Assembly (NCBI GenBank): GCA_043228905.1
Contig: JBHGNT010000001.1
Location: 36,022,001 to 36,086,000, forward strand
Reading direction: 5' to 3'
DNA length: 64,000 nucleotides
From: Azolla caroliniana
Taxonomy: Eukaryota > Plantae > Polypodiophyta
Shown here: piece after piece, positions 26,157-38,719 of the stretch
Layout of the letters: each line of letters starts with the position of its first letter
Numbering within the stretch: position 1 is the stretch's first letter
Translations under genes and position numbers: made by a program
The notes under the pieces: generated by a model
What the model was told of the DNA's origin: nothing
Databases searched by the model: none
Seen by the model: the letters and a program-made list of their open reading frames with translations, nothing else

Positions 26157-28478
26157 ATGAGGTTTTCCTCCTTCGCTGCCTCTGTGTATCAGACAGAATG
26201 GCGGGTGAAGACCTCTTCATTGAACACCCTCCTGCCCACATCATGGAGGTACGTACCCACACCATTTTCTCTTCATCTTCTCTTAACAAGCTACAGAAAG
26301 AGATCCTCTCACATCCACAGGTCTCTCTTTCTCCTTCTAATGTTTCTTGTATCACTGTGCGGCAATCTGCCCGAACAGAGAATAACGTCGCCGCCGTGGA
26401 TCCACAACATGGAGGGCAGGGTCTTCGACCTATCCAGATCATCGTCTCAACATCGCAATACTCTGATGCACATGATAAAATCATGTGGAAAGCTCAAGAA
26501 CCTGAACAAGGCCAGATTATTGCATTCTCAATCCAAACACTTGATTCCACAAGACCTTTACATCACTGTTTCTGTGCTCAGTATGCTTGCCAAGTGTGGA
26601 GCTATGAAAGAAGCTGTGGAAATATTTGAACAGATTCCCAAGCGAACTGTAGTGTCTTGGAATTCGTTGATATCTGGCCATGTCCAGAATGGTCAACCCG
26701 AGCTAGCCATGAAGTGCTTCTTGCAGATGCAAGATGAGGGTGTCTCCCCTGATTCTATCACATTAACATGCATTCTCAAAGCTTGTGGAAGCCTTGGTTC
26801 CCTTGAAATTGGAACAAAGATTCACGCTCTGATTGAGGAGAAAGGCTTATTGCAACAAGATGTCATGTTAGGCAATACATTGGTGAACATGTATTGCAAG
26901 CTTGGTTTGATTGGAAAAGCCCATGAAATTCTGGAACAGTTTCCTAGACGGAACGTGGCATCGTGGAGTGCACTCATCGCAGGATATGCTCAACATGGAC
27001 GTGGGGAGGAAGCTCTCAGATGCTTCTACTCGATGCAGAATGAGGGAATTCCCCCAGATTCAGTGAGTTTTATTTGCATCCTGAAAGCTTGTGGAAGCAT
27101 AGGATCTCTCAAGATAGGAGAAGAGATACATGGTGAGGTTAAGAAGCAAGGATTATTAGGAAAAGATATCATTCTTGGTACGGCACTGGTGGACATGTAT
27201 GCCAAGTGTGGTGCACTAGAAAAAGCTCACAAAGTTTTGGAAGAGCTTCCAGAGAGAAATGTTGTATCATGGAGTGCATTAATCACAGGATATGTCCAGC
27301 ATGGCCATGGTGATGTCGCAGTAAAATGCTTCATGGAGATGCTGGATGAGGGCATATCCCCAGATGCAGTCACTTTTGTTTGTGTTCTAATGGCATGTGG
27401 AAGTACAGGATCTCTGAAGGTAGGACAAGATATACATGCAGAGGTGAAGGAACAAAACCTTTTGGGAAAAGATATGGCCCTTGGCACTACACTGTTGCAC
27501 ATGTATGCAAAGTGTGGTGTTCTAGACAAAGCACGCGAAGTATTTGAATTGCTGCCACAGAGAGATGTCGTGTCCTGGAATGCACTGATGGATGGACATG
27601 CTCAGATGGGTCAGATCAAAACTGTTTTCAAGTTATTGAATGAAATCAGGTTGAAAAGTATTGTGCCAGATCCAATCACTTTCCTGATTGTACTGAATGC
27701 ATGTAGTCATGCGGGTCTTATCGACGAAGGGCAATGGGTCTTCAATGATATGTGTAATGCCCACTCTCAGTTTCCTTCTGTAGAACATTATACTTGTATG
27801 GTTGATCTTTTTGGTCGTGCTGGACACTTCGATAAAGTCAAAATACTCCTCAATGACATGCCATCAGCTACTCACCTTCCACTGTTTGCTGCAGTTTTGG
27901 GTGCATGTCGAAAATGGGGTAATGTGGAGCTTGGGAGATGGGCCTTTGAGAAATTAATAATGTTGGACTCAAAGTGTGGGGCGGCATATGCATGCATGAG
28001 AAACATATACACTATTGCTGGCATGCATGTGGACGCAATTAGAGTCGAGTCTCAGAGAAGGGGAACACAAACAGGGAATCTAGGGGGATGTTGCTGGTGG
28101 ATTGATGACAGTGGGAATGCGTATTCATTTGTGGCGGGTGATAAAACACATCCCCAAATTGTTGATGTTTATTCAAAGCTAGGAAATATTCAACAAAGCA
28201 TATCACATGATGGTCATTCTCCAAGTTTAGATGATAAAAAAGATATGATGTGTGGCCATAACGAGAGACCAGCTATTGCATGTGCCTTAATTAATACACC
28301 CCATGGTACACCTATAAATATTATAACCAAGCATACACGTATTTGTCATGATTGTCATAATGTCATGGCACTCATATCGAAGACAGAAAAACGAAGGATT
28401 CATGTTAAAGACGCATTGCAAGTTCATATCTTTTCAGATGGAAGATGCATCTGTCATGACTATTATTGTTCTTCCTAA
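26157..28478 (+). CDS. PLS-class pentatricopeptide repeat protein with E1-E2-DYW domain (WW variant); putative organellar RNA-editing factor; intronless
   Basis: Regular P-L-S triplets (VVSWN/S..., ILKACG..., LVDMYAKCG), P2-L2-S2 (ACSHAG, EHYTCMVDLFGRAG), E motifs, GCCWW..SF..GD..HP, HNE..AIA, RICHDCH, HIFSDG.C.C.DYY. The start codon is uncertain; a later Met is possible. Confidence 0.95.
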   Translation: MRFSSFAASVYQTEWRVKTSSLNTLLPTSWRYVPTPFSLHLLLTSYRKRSSHIHRSLFLLLMFLVSLCGNLPEQRITSPPWIHNMEGRVFDLSRSSSQHRNTLMHMIKSCGKLKNLNKARLLHSQSKHLIPQDLYITVSVLSMLAKCGAMKEAVEIFEQIPKRTVVSWNSLISGHVQNGQPELAMKCFLQMQDEGVSPDSITLTCILKACGSLGSLEIGTKIHALIEEKGLLQQDVMLGNTLVNMYCKLGLIGKAHEILEQFPRRNVASWSALIAGYAQHGRGEEALRCFYSMQNEGIPPDSVSFICILKACGSIGSLKIGEEIHGEVKKQGLLGKDIILGTALVDMYAKCGALEKAHKVLEELPERNVVSWSALITGYVQHGHGDVAVKCFMEMLDEGISPDAVTFVCVLMACGSTGSLKVGQDIHAEVKEQNLLGKDMALGTTLLHMYAKCGVLDKAREVFELLPQRDVVSWNALMDGHAQMGQIKTVFKLLNEIRLKSIVPDPITFLIVLNACSHAGLIDEGQWVFNDMCNAHSQFPSVEHYTCMVDLFGRAGHFDKVKILLNDMPSATHLPLFAAVLGACRKWGNVELGRWAFEKLIMLDSKCGAAYACMRNIYTIAGMHVDAIRVESQRRGTQTGNLGGCCWWIDDSGNAYSFVAGDKTHPQIVDVYSKLGNIQQSISHDGHSPSLDDKKDMMCGHNERPAIACALINTPHGTPINIITKHTRICHDCHNVMALISKTEKRRIHVKDALQVHIFSDGRCICHDYYCSS

Positions 28479-28749
28479 CAGAATTAATGTGCAGATTCTG
28501 TGGAGCTGCCTCAAGCTTCCACTTTGACATTTGGCTCAACAACCCTTCCACTTCAATGTTCATAATTCATTTTTTAAAGAGATTACTTGCTACACTCAAA
28601 TATGAGGCTTCTTCAGGAATGCAATTCTTCTTGCTTAATTGGAAAATTCAATACGAGTGCTCAAGCTCTAGTGTTGTACTTTCCTTTTCTCTAATGTTTG
28701 AAACAAGAACTTAGAGCATAATAGCTTTCCAACTAACATAAGCTGACAC

Positions 28750-30300
28750 ACGTCAGGTGTTTATCCTTGTCAATTCCCCTTTGTGGAGAGCACCACCAAC
28801 CTCCAAAGGGTATATCCAAATACAAAAGAAGGGGTGATGTGGATTGTGCAAATAAAATTCTAAAGAGGGGATACTTGTGTAACAAGGTAAACATTTACTA
28901 TGGATTTGCACAAATGTTTGCATGATTAGAGTTGACATTCTCACTTCAATATTCCACAATTTTGACATATCGAGTTTTGCTCATGTTTAACACAATACTT
29001 GGTGGATGTGATGGATGAGGTTTACGTGCTCTTTTGAGGTGTCCTTTACCATTGAACAACCATTTCGGGACATTATGTACTAATCTTTATTTTTCCCCTC
29101 TCGATAATGAAGATTATGCCCCCGATTTCATAGTTGACCCTTTCCCTTCATTTCTAGGTCACATCTGGTATTACTAGTTCTTCAACGTGATAACACTCTC
29201 ACAATGTACATTGAAATAATTCTTTACCAATTGACAATCTAACATATAGCACCTTAAAGCACACGCTAGCTCTAGTTTTGGTGTCATACTAGGCTTGAAC
29301 TAAACCTCAATCTTCTGAAGGTAGTTTCAATCCTTGTTAAATAATCTTGATGGACTCTCAAACATACTCAAACGTGCATTGCTCTCAGTTGAAATTGAGC
29401 ACATATCCATTGTCTTTATGAAAACAAGTGTCTTTTCTGACCCTCAAAATTCCTAAAAGTATGTTCAAGCTTTACAAAATTAAATAAAACCAGTTCACTT
29501 CACACCGATTATTTAGGGGCCTTGAAGCCACACAAACCATCCAACTTTCCTATAGCTGATAAGTCGTATTAATCATTTCCATTTTCCTCCAATTTTGCTT
29601 TATAAAGTCTAGGTTTCTACCAACATACTATGCTGAATCACATGCATCGACTTAAGGGCAGGATATAGCCAATGATCTTGATTGTCAAACAATGAAGCTT
29701 ATCCCCACTTTGTCATTGTTGACCACTTTTCTCAATTTCTAAGTCACATCTAGGATTCATACTTTTCACACAAGATAGTAGCACTCTCACAATAGGCACT
29801 AGAATGATGATTTATCCCTTCATGGCCTAAATTATTGCACTTCAATGCATTTCAAGGAGAACCAATTACCTCTAGTTTTATATTGAGTTTTAAGCAAATC
29901 AAGACCTCTTATAGGTAGCTTCAATCCTTGTTAAATAATCTTAATTGACTCTCGAAACAAATTTAGATTTTCTTTGCTCTTAATTGAAATCCACCTCCCT
30001 TGGTCTTTATGAAAGAGAACATGTCTTTTCTGATCCTTGGTTCCCAAGAATACGTATGCGTTTAAACAGAAAACCAATAGATACAACTGGCAATTTATAG
30101 GATCAAAAAATAATGGTTTGACAGAATGCACCAACTTGAAATTTCCAACAAGACATTGCACTGAATTGTTGCATTGTATTGTAATCATTGGTACAGTGAA
30201 GGGTGAAAGGGAAAATATATTACATGCAAAATATATCATTACACACTGACCAAAGGTGTCACCTAAATAATACATACATGTTTGTTGGAGTACCTATAGC
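28750..30300 (-). mobile_element. Possible highly decayed LINE remnant with an internal duplication (29320-29450 vs 29915-30050)
   Basis: Weak motif echoes on the minus strand (YLDIPF, DQGRWI); duplicated aggtag.ttcaatccttgttaaataatctt. No long ORF. Confidence 0.35.
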
Positions 30301-31981
30301 AATGATATTTCCAATCAATTTTATTATTATTGAGCGCCTTTTTTTGTTACAACCATGTCATACATATATCACAGTGCCAACATGTATCAAGTACTCATGG
30401 AAGTTTTGCCTATTGTAGCTCTATGATGGCAAACACATCTCTTGTTTTTACTTCACAACCTAACACCTAACTATCTTTTGAAATGATGGTATAAATAGAA
30501 ATGTACTAACCTTCACTAAAAGAGACCTACTATTGGAGACTAATTTTATATTTCAGCAATACAGCAAATACTATATGGGAGATATCTTAGATAGGTCAGA
30601 CAGCTTAGAAATTAGAGGGGGGATGTAGTTTTTGGGTTATAACTTATAACTCATTATTCATACAATGCTTCATACCAAAGTTGTTTGTATCAACAAATCA
30701 GGATGATGCTTGCTACCCTTGCAGCTTATAATATTCTTGTATGGGACACCCTCTCTTGTTAACTTCTCTTTTCTCAAGTTCATTGATGGAGGTAGAATAT
30801 GGAGTACATGCAATATCAACTCCTCGTACATATGCACATGTTTCCATGTAGACATTATCCCTCTTGATTTTCCTATCTGTCTTTCGACTTAAGTATCTAT
30901 CTGTATATAGATAGGGTTTCCTCTCTTTACATAGACCCATAGTGCTATGTCTTAAAACTAATGTCTTGTAGTTTACATCTACCATGTCTCCCTCTGCATG
31001 GGAGGAAAAAATGAGCTCTCACTTGCAAAAAGATTGGCTGTCTCTTCCTCTCAAGCGGAGACAAGATCAGTGCTCATCTAAGAAAGGTTTGGAGCATCTT
31101 CCCTACGAAAAGAGGGAAATGAAATGGCATCTAGTCAATGAGTAACAAGAAAAACTATCTTAAAGTAATGGCTCGGGAAGGATCAAGCCCAAGCTAATGG
31201 TCAAAATATGTTAGTAAAGTTCTACACTAGGGGCCAATTGGACAAATGGGAAGAGAGGAAGTTCACTTACATCGATTTGTATGTGATATGCACCATCAAT
31301 GTCTATGGTTGCTGTGTCGCCTTAGGCTGGTTGTGTATGTGATACACAACATTAGCTACGCTAGAAAAGAAAGAAAGAAAATTTTAAGTCTCTATTCCAA
31401 GAGAGTGCCATGAAGCATACTAGCTGTGCTAGATGCCCCTACATAAAGATATATTTGGATACACCAACCCGCGTGGATGTTGCTGCAATTTTGCATAGCC
31501 TGATGGACAGATCTACAAACAGTTATTAATACCACAGTAAAAGCCTTTTATACAAACCAAACTGACCAAGCATGATAGAGAACCTTTATACAAATCAAAC
31601 TGGTCGCGACCTTTCATATACGGTATATGCATTCCCTAGAAAAATGCTATCTAGATACAGCTCACACAGAAATGTATTACCATGCAGGGCTTATCGTGTA
31701 TGGATCTTAATACTGATTTATAATTCATGTCATGTGTAGATATGTTATTAAAATGGCAGATCAAAAGGTATATTGCAAGAGGGCAGGGTAGGGAGAATAA
31801 AGTACTAATCCAAAGAGATCATTCTTCTGATTGATGCACAGCAATAAGACTATGGGTGCCAATCTAAGGCAATGTTATGCCAAAACATTCACTATAAATC
31901 AATCGTCTTTTGCTGGACCCCTCTCGACTTTATAGCTTGTTTTTGTGTAGCACACAAATCTACAAGCAAAAGATCCAATAT

Positions 31982-34900
31982 CTAATGTCGTTTAGACAGA
32001 GACTGCATGCCACTATGATGCATGGATTGCAATGCTTCTTGAGCAAGTGCCCAGGCCCTCTGTCTAGGGTCAAAACCATCATTTCTATAATCTTGACCAT
32101 AATATGGTCTTTGGCTCAAATGGGATGGGGATTGGAATGGCCTAACATTATTCATGAGATTCTGTCTAGAGACCGAAAAAGAGGCTCCTAAACGAGGTAA
32201 GCTATGCAACTCATCATATGGACTTCTTGAAGAGTCCAATGATGATCCGCCCAAATAAGGGCTCCTTGTATTTGATTGATGTGGACTCATACTCTCCCTA
32301 CCTGAACTCCTATGGTATAATTCCTGCGGCAAGGTTCCCGGAGGAGCATCTGGATCATCATTCCTTTGATAAAATGCATCAGCACTGTAACTTGCTGCAG
32401 AAAAACTAAACATATGTCCAGATCTCTGATGATGACCACTTGAACCTACTGGGAAACCCCAACTGAGTTTATCTGCATCACAAGGTATGGGAGTATTCAC
32501 TCCAGGAAAGTCAACAATCATGTCCTTCGTAGGCAATTTTTTCTTATGCTCCCCAAGTACATACTCTCCATCCTTGCCTAGTTTGCCTTCCATGTCATCC
32601 TCATCAAGGCCAAATATTGTGATACCAGATGGTTCATCTTCCTGATCTTCTGCAAGTACAGAGGAACCAATGAGTTACAACATCTATTGAAACTCTAGGG
32701 AATTACTGAAGTATAAAAATTTGCAATATAGTATTTCAGGAAACCATTTCAAAATTCTGAGGCGTATTTTGTTAGCTATATCCCCACTCAAATCATCCCT
32801 ATTTCACAGAATAATTTGACTCTAAAGCATTATAATGAAGATATAAAGTCAAATCCAGGAACCACAACCTGGCAAGTACAACTGGAGGGTGTGGAGATGT
32901 CCAACAGCTCAACTAAAGGAGCAATAGAGATTTACCATCTATTAGTCTATTACCATTACTGCACCAATTACTGTTGATTAATTATTGCTTAAGAATGAGA
33001 AACTAACCTTAGCAAGTAAGTAATCTTAGATTTCGTGACATCTTAAGAGTATGTATTTGAAGTACAGTGATGCAGTAACAATTTCATAAACCGTACCTCT
33101 CACTTCATGCAATACGTATCTAACTTTAGAGTGACTCCCAATGATCGAATGACCAGTCAAAAGAATGCTCTACGCCACATACATAATCAGCAATTTAGAG
33201 AAGGGAAGTAAAAAATGGGCAACATACCAAGGTACCCAGGAGGATAGCCTAATTCTCGCATTCGATTTAGCCATGGGGGTGGATCTAGCTCCTGCAATTT
33301 ACAATGCATACAATAAGCAATAGTATTGCCAATATATGATATTTAAAAATTTACAGGAAAATGGCACTCCTCAAAAAACTCTAACAGGAACCACAATCTT
33401 CATAAAAAATCAGAAAACGTATAATATCTCCCAAGGAGGTCACCTATTGAAGCTTCTATTCAATAAATCCTTAGCCAAATAAATGGTGGTTAAAATGATA
33501 AGACAACTTTCCTTTATACAAATGACATTTACCTTCAAATAGTTTCACCAGGATCGTCATGCCAATAAGAAATACATTTCAATACACAGGATTATTCTAA
33601 CTTCTTCCATAACATAGTAAAGAAATTAAAATTACCGACCAATAACAATTTACGCATAGTCCCCTATCAAAGCAACTGCACCCTTATTCTCTTTCCTTGC
33701 TATATATTTAGGATCAACAGCATAATTGCTCAATAATTCTAACCAATTATTCCTTTGGCTATTGAAGTTATTGTTCAATAGTTTGTAGTGCTTCAACCTG
33801 CCCATTTAAGGAGAGGTTACTAGCTGTCAGGTGAGCTGCCTCAGTATTCAAGCTAGCAAGTTGAGCCACTAGACCATCTCTAAAGAACTACAATGCAAGG
33901 CATTTTTTTACCCCGGTTGTAAGAACAGAGTCACAAGTTGCAACATTTTCGCAACACGTTGCGAAACTCTTTGAAGTACTTGTACTTTTTTGTCCATACT
34001 ACCATTCGTTTCTCTCAGTTTTTATCTACTCAATGGGAAGATTGTGGTTGCCACATGCTCAAGGTAAGTTCAATCTTACTATAACATTATGCATCATGCA
34101 ATAAATTGAAGTTATTCATCCTATGTAGGGATATCATAACAGAAGCTGCATTGCTCAAACTTTACAGGAACAGCTCCTAACGAATTATGCAAATTCATGT
34201 TTAACATGAAACATTGGCCAAATTCTAATTATTGATGTTTTCATTGTAGAAGCATTCAGAATTCTTGAGAATGTCAACGCCATTATTGATGTTCCAAATA
34301 GGTAGCTACCTTTTCACTACACTCACCTGTACCTAATGACTGAAAACTGAATCATCATTATCCGTGAGTAACATCTGTGGCATAACTTGTTGCAATTCCA
34401 TCTATTTTGATGGCAATGCACACATCCCTTTCGTTCTTGCTAAAGTCATCCTCCGCATTTCATGAAATTACTCAGTCATGGGAGAGAAACCTAATTAACT
34501 TAACCCTGAACCTATCTAAGGAAAGATGGATTTATGTGAATTAGCAAAATAATGGCAGAGTTCAGGTTTGGCAAAGAAAATCTCCTCTAAATTTGAACAA
34601 CAAGATCTCAAGAGAGAATGTGCGTGGTTTGGCTAAAAATATTGCAGTCATGTCAACCCAGCAAAAAACATTTGAACTAGTAAAAATTTCAAAATCAGCA
34701 TTCAAGCATTGCAGATTCCCTTCATTTTCAAACATCATTGTTAGAGATGGCACACTAATTACAGGAAATTTTGACGTTATGTAGTTCTTTAAAAGAGATT
34801 AATTCAGGGCAAGCTGCAACTCAAACTTCAGGAAACTGCAAGAAGAAACAGCAGGACACATGGACTTCAGCATTAGAGCCAAATTGACACCTTTCTAGAT

Positions 34901-37900
34901 TCATAGTGAAGTAGTTCATAATACTATTAAGAGTGGAAAACCTAATTTAGTCAAGCAACATACACAAGATACTAAAATCAAGTTTAGCTTAGAAATGTCT
35001 GCAAAAACAATGTAGAAAGTATTTCGTGGAAAACTAATACCCCAATGCCAAGTAGTTGCCTTACTTCACTTCCAAGAACGCCAGGCTTTAAATCATCAAA
35101 TTTTCCACCTGTAGAATGCTGATAATATCTAGATGCAGCTCGAGATCCTGGGCCTCTTTTCTCTGCCAGCTGTTTCCTGGCGTTATTTACAGCAGTATTA
35201 TCTCGAGGCCTTGGACAATCTTTGAGTGAGTGACTATAAGATCCACAGTTAAAACACCTAGATCCTTCATTCCCGTGTGCCAAACTCCTGAATCAAATAT
35301 CGCCCACTAATATAATGAGGATTCTTGTTACCATATTTTCAATGTTTTTTGAACTTGATGCAAAAGATATATATTAATTAGGTCACATACAACTACAGAC
35401 GCACAGATAATGAAATTCAGTAAATCATAAGTATGGTAAGATGATAGAAATTGTATGAATATCAAAATATATTATAAATCATTGAGCAACGGTCAAGCAT
35501 CAAATAAGCTGGAATATACACGAATTGTTTTGAGCTGGATCTAAACATTGTTATCATAAAATAAATCATGTTTTTGAACATTGAGACTATACTATACCCT
35601 TCAATATATGACTCTGTCTCTTCCAATATCAATGCTCCGATCCCTGCCCGATCATACAATGGTACATCTCTCTCCCTATCTTGGATTATAGTCATTACAT
35701 CAACTGCATCATCTAATCGAGCATGTTTTGATGGTTTATCCATCCAAAAGGGCTGCAAAATCCAAATACAAATGTTTTAATGTTACGCAATAACAACACA
35801 CAATCACAGCTTCCATTCCCAGGCATCAAACATACCACTGCTGTTCTTTTTTGCCCACCAACTTGCAGTGCTGGAAAATATATTTCATCTCCAGTTTCCA
35901 GGGAATGCTTATCTACTTCCTGGAAAAAGAATATACAAACGAAACTACTAGAGTCAAACCGAAGGCCAGCTGAAGCATAAGTTACTATTCAGCCAACCAA
36001 GTAACTGGAAAATATCTTCACTATAGGAAAAAACAGATACTTCCACATACTTGAGCTTTAAATACAAGTCTCCAGATCAAAGGAATGCTAGATAAACCCG
36101 AAAAGTAAGTGCAGATTTATAAATTGTGATAAATTTTCTAATATCCTTGAGCTGTGCAGATACAAAATGCATTGGAGTTCTTAAATTTCTAGGAGAGAAG
36201 GAAGAAAATGTACTTTTTGCAATAAGAGACAGGTAGGGTATCAAAAATAAACCGAATGAGCACAAATAAATAAGATATTAAGACAATCTTACAAGTTTTC
36301 CTTCTAGTTTTCAGCATAATAATGTATTACACAATTGACTCCATGATATTAGCATTGACACAAAGTTACACTTTCTGCTTATATTGTTAATGCCACGCAT
36401 AAGTAGAAGTTTATTGAAAACCACACTTCTAGGATATCTTAAGATATGGACATATCAAAGAAAGATAAAGTTGTATTTATAAAGAACCAAGCTTCGAAGA
36501 TATCTTAAGGTATGAGGGCAAAATCAAAGAAAAATAAAGTTGTATTTCTTTCCATAACTGTATATAATTCATATAGAGAGGGTAAAGATGGCTTCACACC
36601 TTCTATTAGATAAGTAGAATAATCATACCACTAACTTTGAGCTAACTATGACAAAATTTAGTAGTACCAAATAAGTATAAATATTTTAATATACTGTCTT
36701 ATTGTCTATATTCTAAACAAATATGTAACCCTAAAATAAAGATGCTGAGATTTCAAACAATCACATAGCATGTACATAAATAAACAAAATCTTGCAAAAT
36801 CTTGAGGTGTGGATATGTGCATGTATTCTACAAATTCAGAGATTCTTTCATTAGATTTAGGGCTCAAAAGTTCTAAAAAAGAGATAATTTATGCATGTAA
36901 GGTGTGATCACTTACACACACCTCTCCAAATCCAACAAATGTACTGTGCCATTCAGCCCATTGCTTTAGGAGGTCTTTCAGTTTCTCTTTGCTCTCACTG
37001 CAACACAATAAGCAACTAGATGGTAAAAGTGGGGTTATATGTCAATCCTGGGAAACGAATTTGAGAACTCTCATCGTGACTTTTGCACAGTAGTATACAA
37101 ACCTCGTGAGACAATTATAAATGACTTGTACGGATGGTGTGTTGCTGAAGAAAGATGAAGGTGAGATCTTCAAACCTAGCCTCCCTGATATTTTCTCACC
37201 TGAGTACCAGAATACCAGACGAACATAAGAGAGGATGAAAACTGTCACATCATTTAACCTAGAAACTAGACCAAGAGGTAGATAAACAAAGATTCACCTC
37301 ACAATTATACATTGGACAATAGCTGTCAATTTGTGTTTCAAATTCCGGGACATGCAATGAATTTTACCATCTATAGTAACAAAGGCATCTTACCAGAAGA
37401 TAAGAGCTAATGGACCTGCTTTAGTCATTGGTGTACTAGACAAAGAGCTAGAAACTACTTTCATCGTGATCTCTATCAATTTTATATCAGATTTGAGGAT
37501 GTCGTCTATAGTATCAATATCATCTGGATAGAACATAAGAGTGAAGTAAAAGGCTCTCATCCATTGTATTGGCGCTTACCATAATAGCTATCTATTTTGT
37601 ATCAGACACAGGGATATGCACGGAAGATTACCATCTATTAGAGGAATGTCATCTTAGCTGAACTTAACAGATTGTTACAAGGGTCTCGCCAATAGTATGC
37701 TAGACCAATAGCTAGAAATGATTCTCGCCACCCATAGCAATCGGCAACGGTTCGCTTTGAACCAAAATGAACCGTGAAACCGCAGCTAAACAGTTTAAAC
37801 AGTTCAGTATTAACGGTTTGACGAGTTAGGGTTGCCACTTGATTATTTTCTTAAATACTTTTTTGGACAACTAGGAAAAATCTTTAATACTTTAAAATTT

Positions 37901-38719
37901 TAAATGTGAAATATTTACAAACAGAAATATTAATAATTGAAATTTGAATTTTTGAATTTTGACCTAACTTGAAAACCAAAACCGAACCACAAACCACGGT
38001 TTTAACAGTTTAATGGTTTGGATTTTTTGTAATGGTTCGGTTTAAGTTTCAACGTTTTGAAATAGTTCGGTTTTAAATGGTTTGAGTTTGACACTTTCAA
38101 ACCGAACCAAACCGTTGTCGATTGCTAGCCACAAGTATATGTATCAAACACTATCAACTTTGTATTAGATTCATGCCTACACAAAGAACGGAAGATGAGA
38201 GGACATACCATGTGCATCATCAGTGTCATCTTCATTTATCCCGAGCTTTCCATTGTCAAAGTTATCATGTCCATCTGATTGTGCTTTGGTATCAATAGCA
38301 TCTTCATTTGATTTATTGATGGGACCATGGAGAGTTCTGATTGAGCCACTGATACAGCAATTACCATCTGTTAGATTTGTAGCTTCAGGAGCATCGAGCA
38401 TAGTCTCATGAGAGATACTATCAGCACAATGCTTAACATGAATGGTTTGGCAACTTTTGAGAACTCTGTCTTCATCGCTGCCTTTAACTGTGTATTTGGA
38501 GTTTACATTTGAATCTAGGATATCATGCGCATTGGCATGTGCATCTTGGTCATGGGTTTCACGACATGAATCGATTTCAGTTGCGATTGTATCAGATTCC
38601 AGGTTAGAGTTAGAGTTTACTCGACAAGGAGGAGTAGCCATGGCTTCCAAGGCAACTGGAGGAGAACAGTCATCGTCTGCCGGCAGGGAAAGGAGAACCT
38701 GTTGCGTTTCTTCGTACAT
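31982..38719 (-). CDS. ZCCHC8-like zinc-knuckle (CCHC) / PSP-domain protein (nuclear exosome NEXT-complex subunit homologue); exons 38719-38209, 37199-37103, 36997-36916 (or 36922), 35919-35836, 35752-35598, 35287-35041, 33291-33228, 32649-31982
   Basis: RCFNCGSYSHSLKDC knuckle, then PSP GKFDDLKPGVLG...LGIG|ELDPPPWLNRMRELGYPPGYL; also KLKDLLKQWAEWH, YFPAL, VPLYDR, DFPGVNTPIP. Splice phases are consistent. Confidence 0.9.
37735..38127. mobile_element. hAT-type MITE, copy 3, in intron 1 of the ZCCHC8-like gene
   Basis: Near-perfect TIRs tagcaatcggcaacggtt / aaccgttgtcgattgcta; flanks gccaccca / gccacaag; same family as 12058-12378. Confidence 0.85.

Noticed and set aside
26063-26629. 188-aa ORF overlapping the PPR 5' end in another frame
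   Set aside because: No recognisable domain and it begins in a TA/TG-rich stretch; it matters only as a sign that the PPR start codon is uncertain.
37298-37524. AG...GT-bounded open segments in ZCCHC8 intron 1 as extra exons
   Set aside because: Each enters in phase 1 and exits in phase 2, which would frameshift the next exon, whereas direct splicing 38209 to 37199 keeps the frame.
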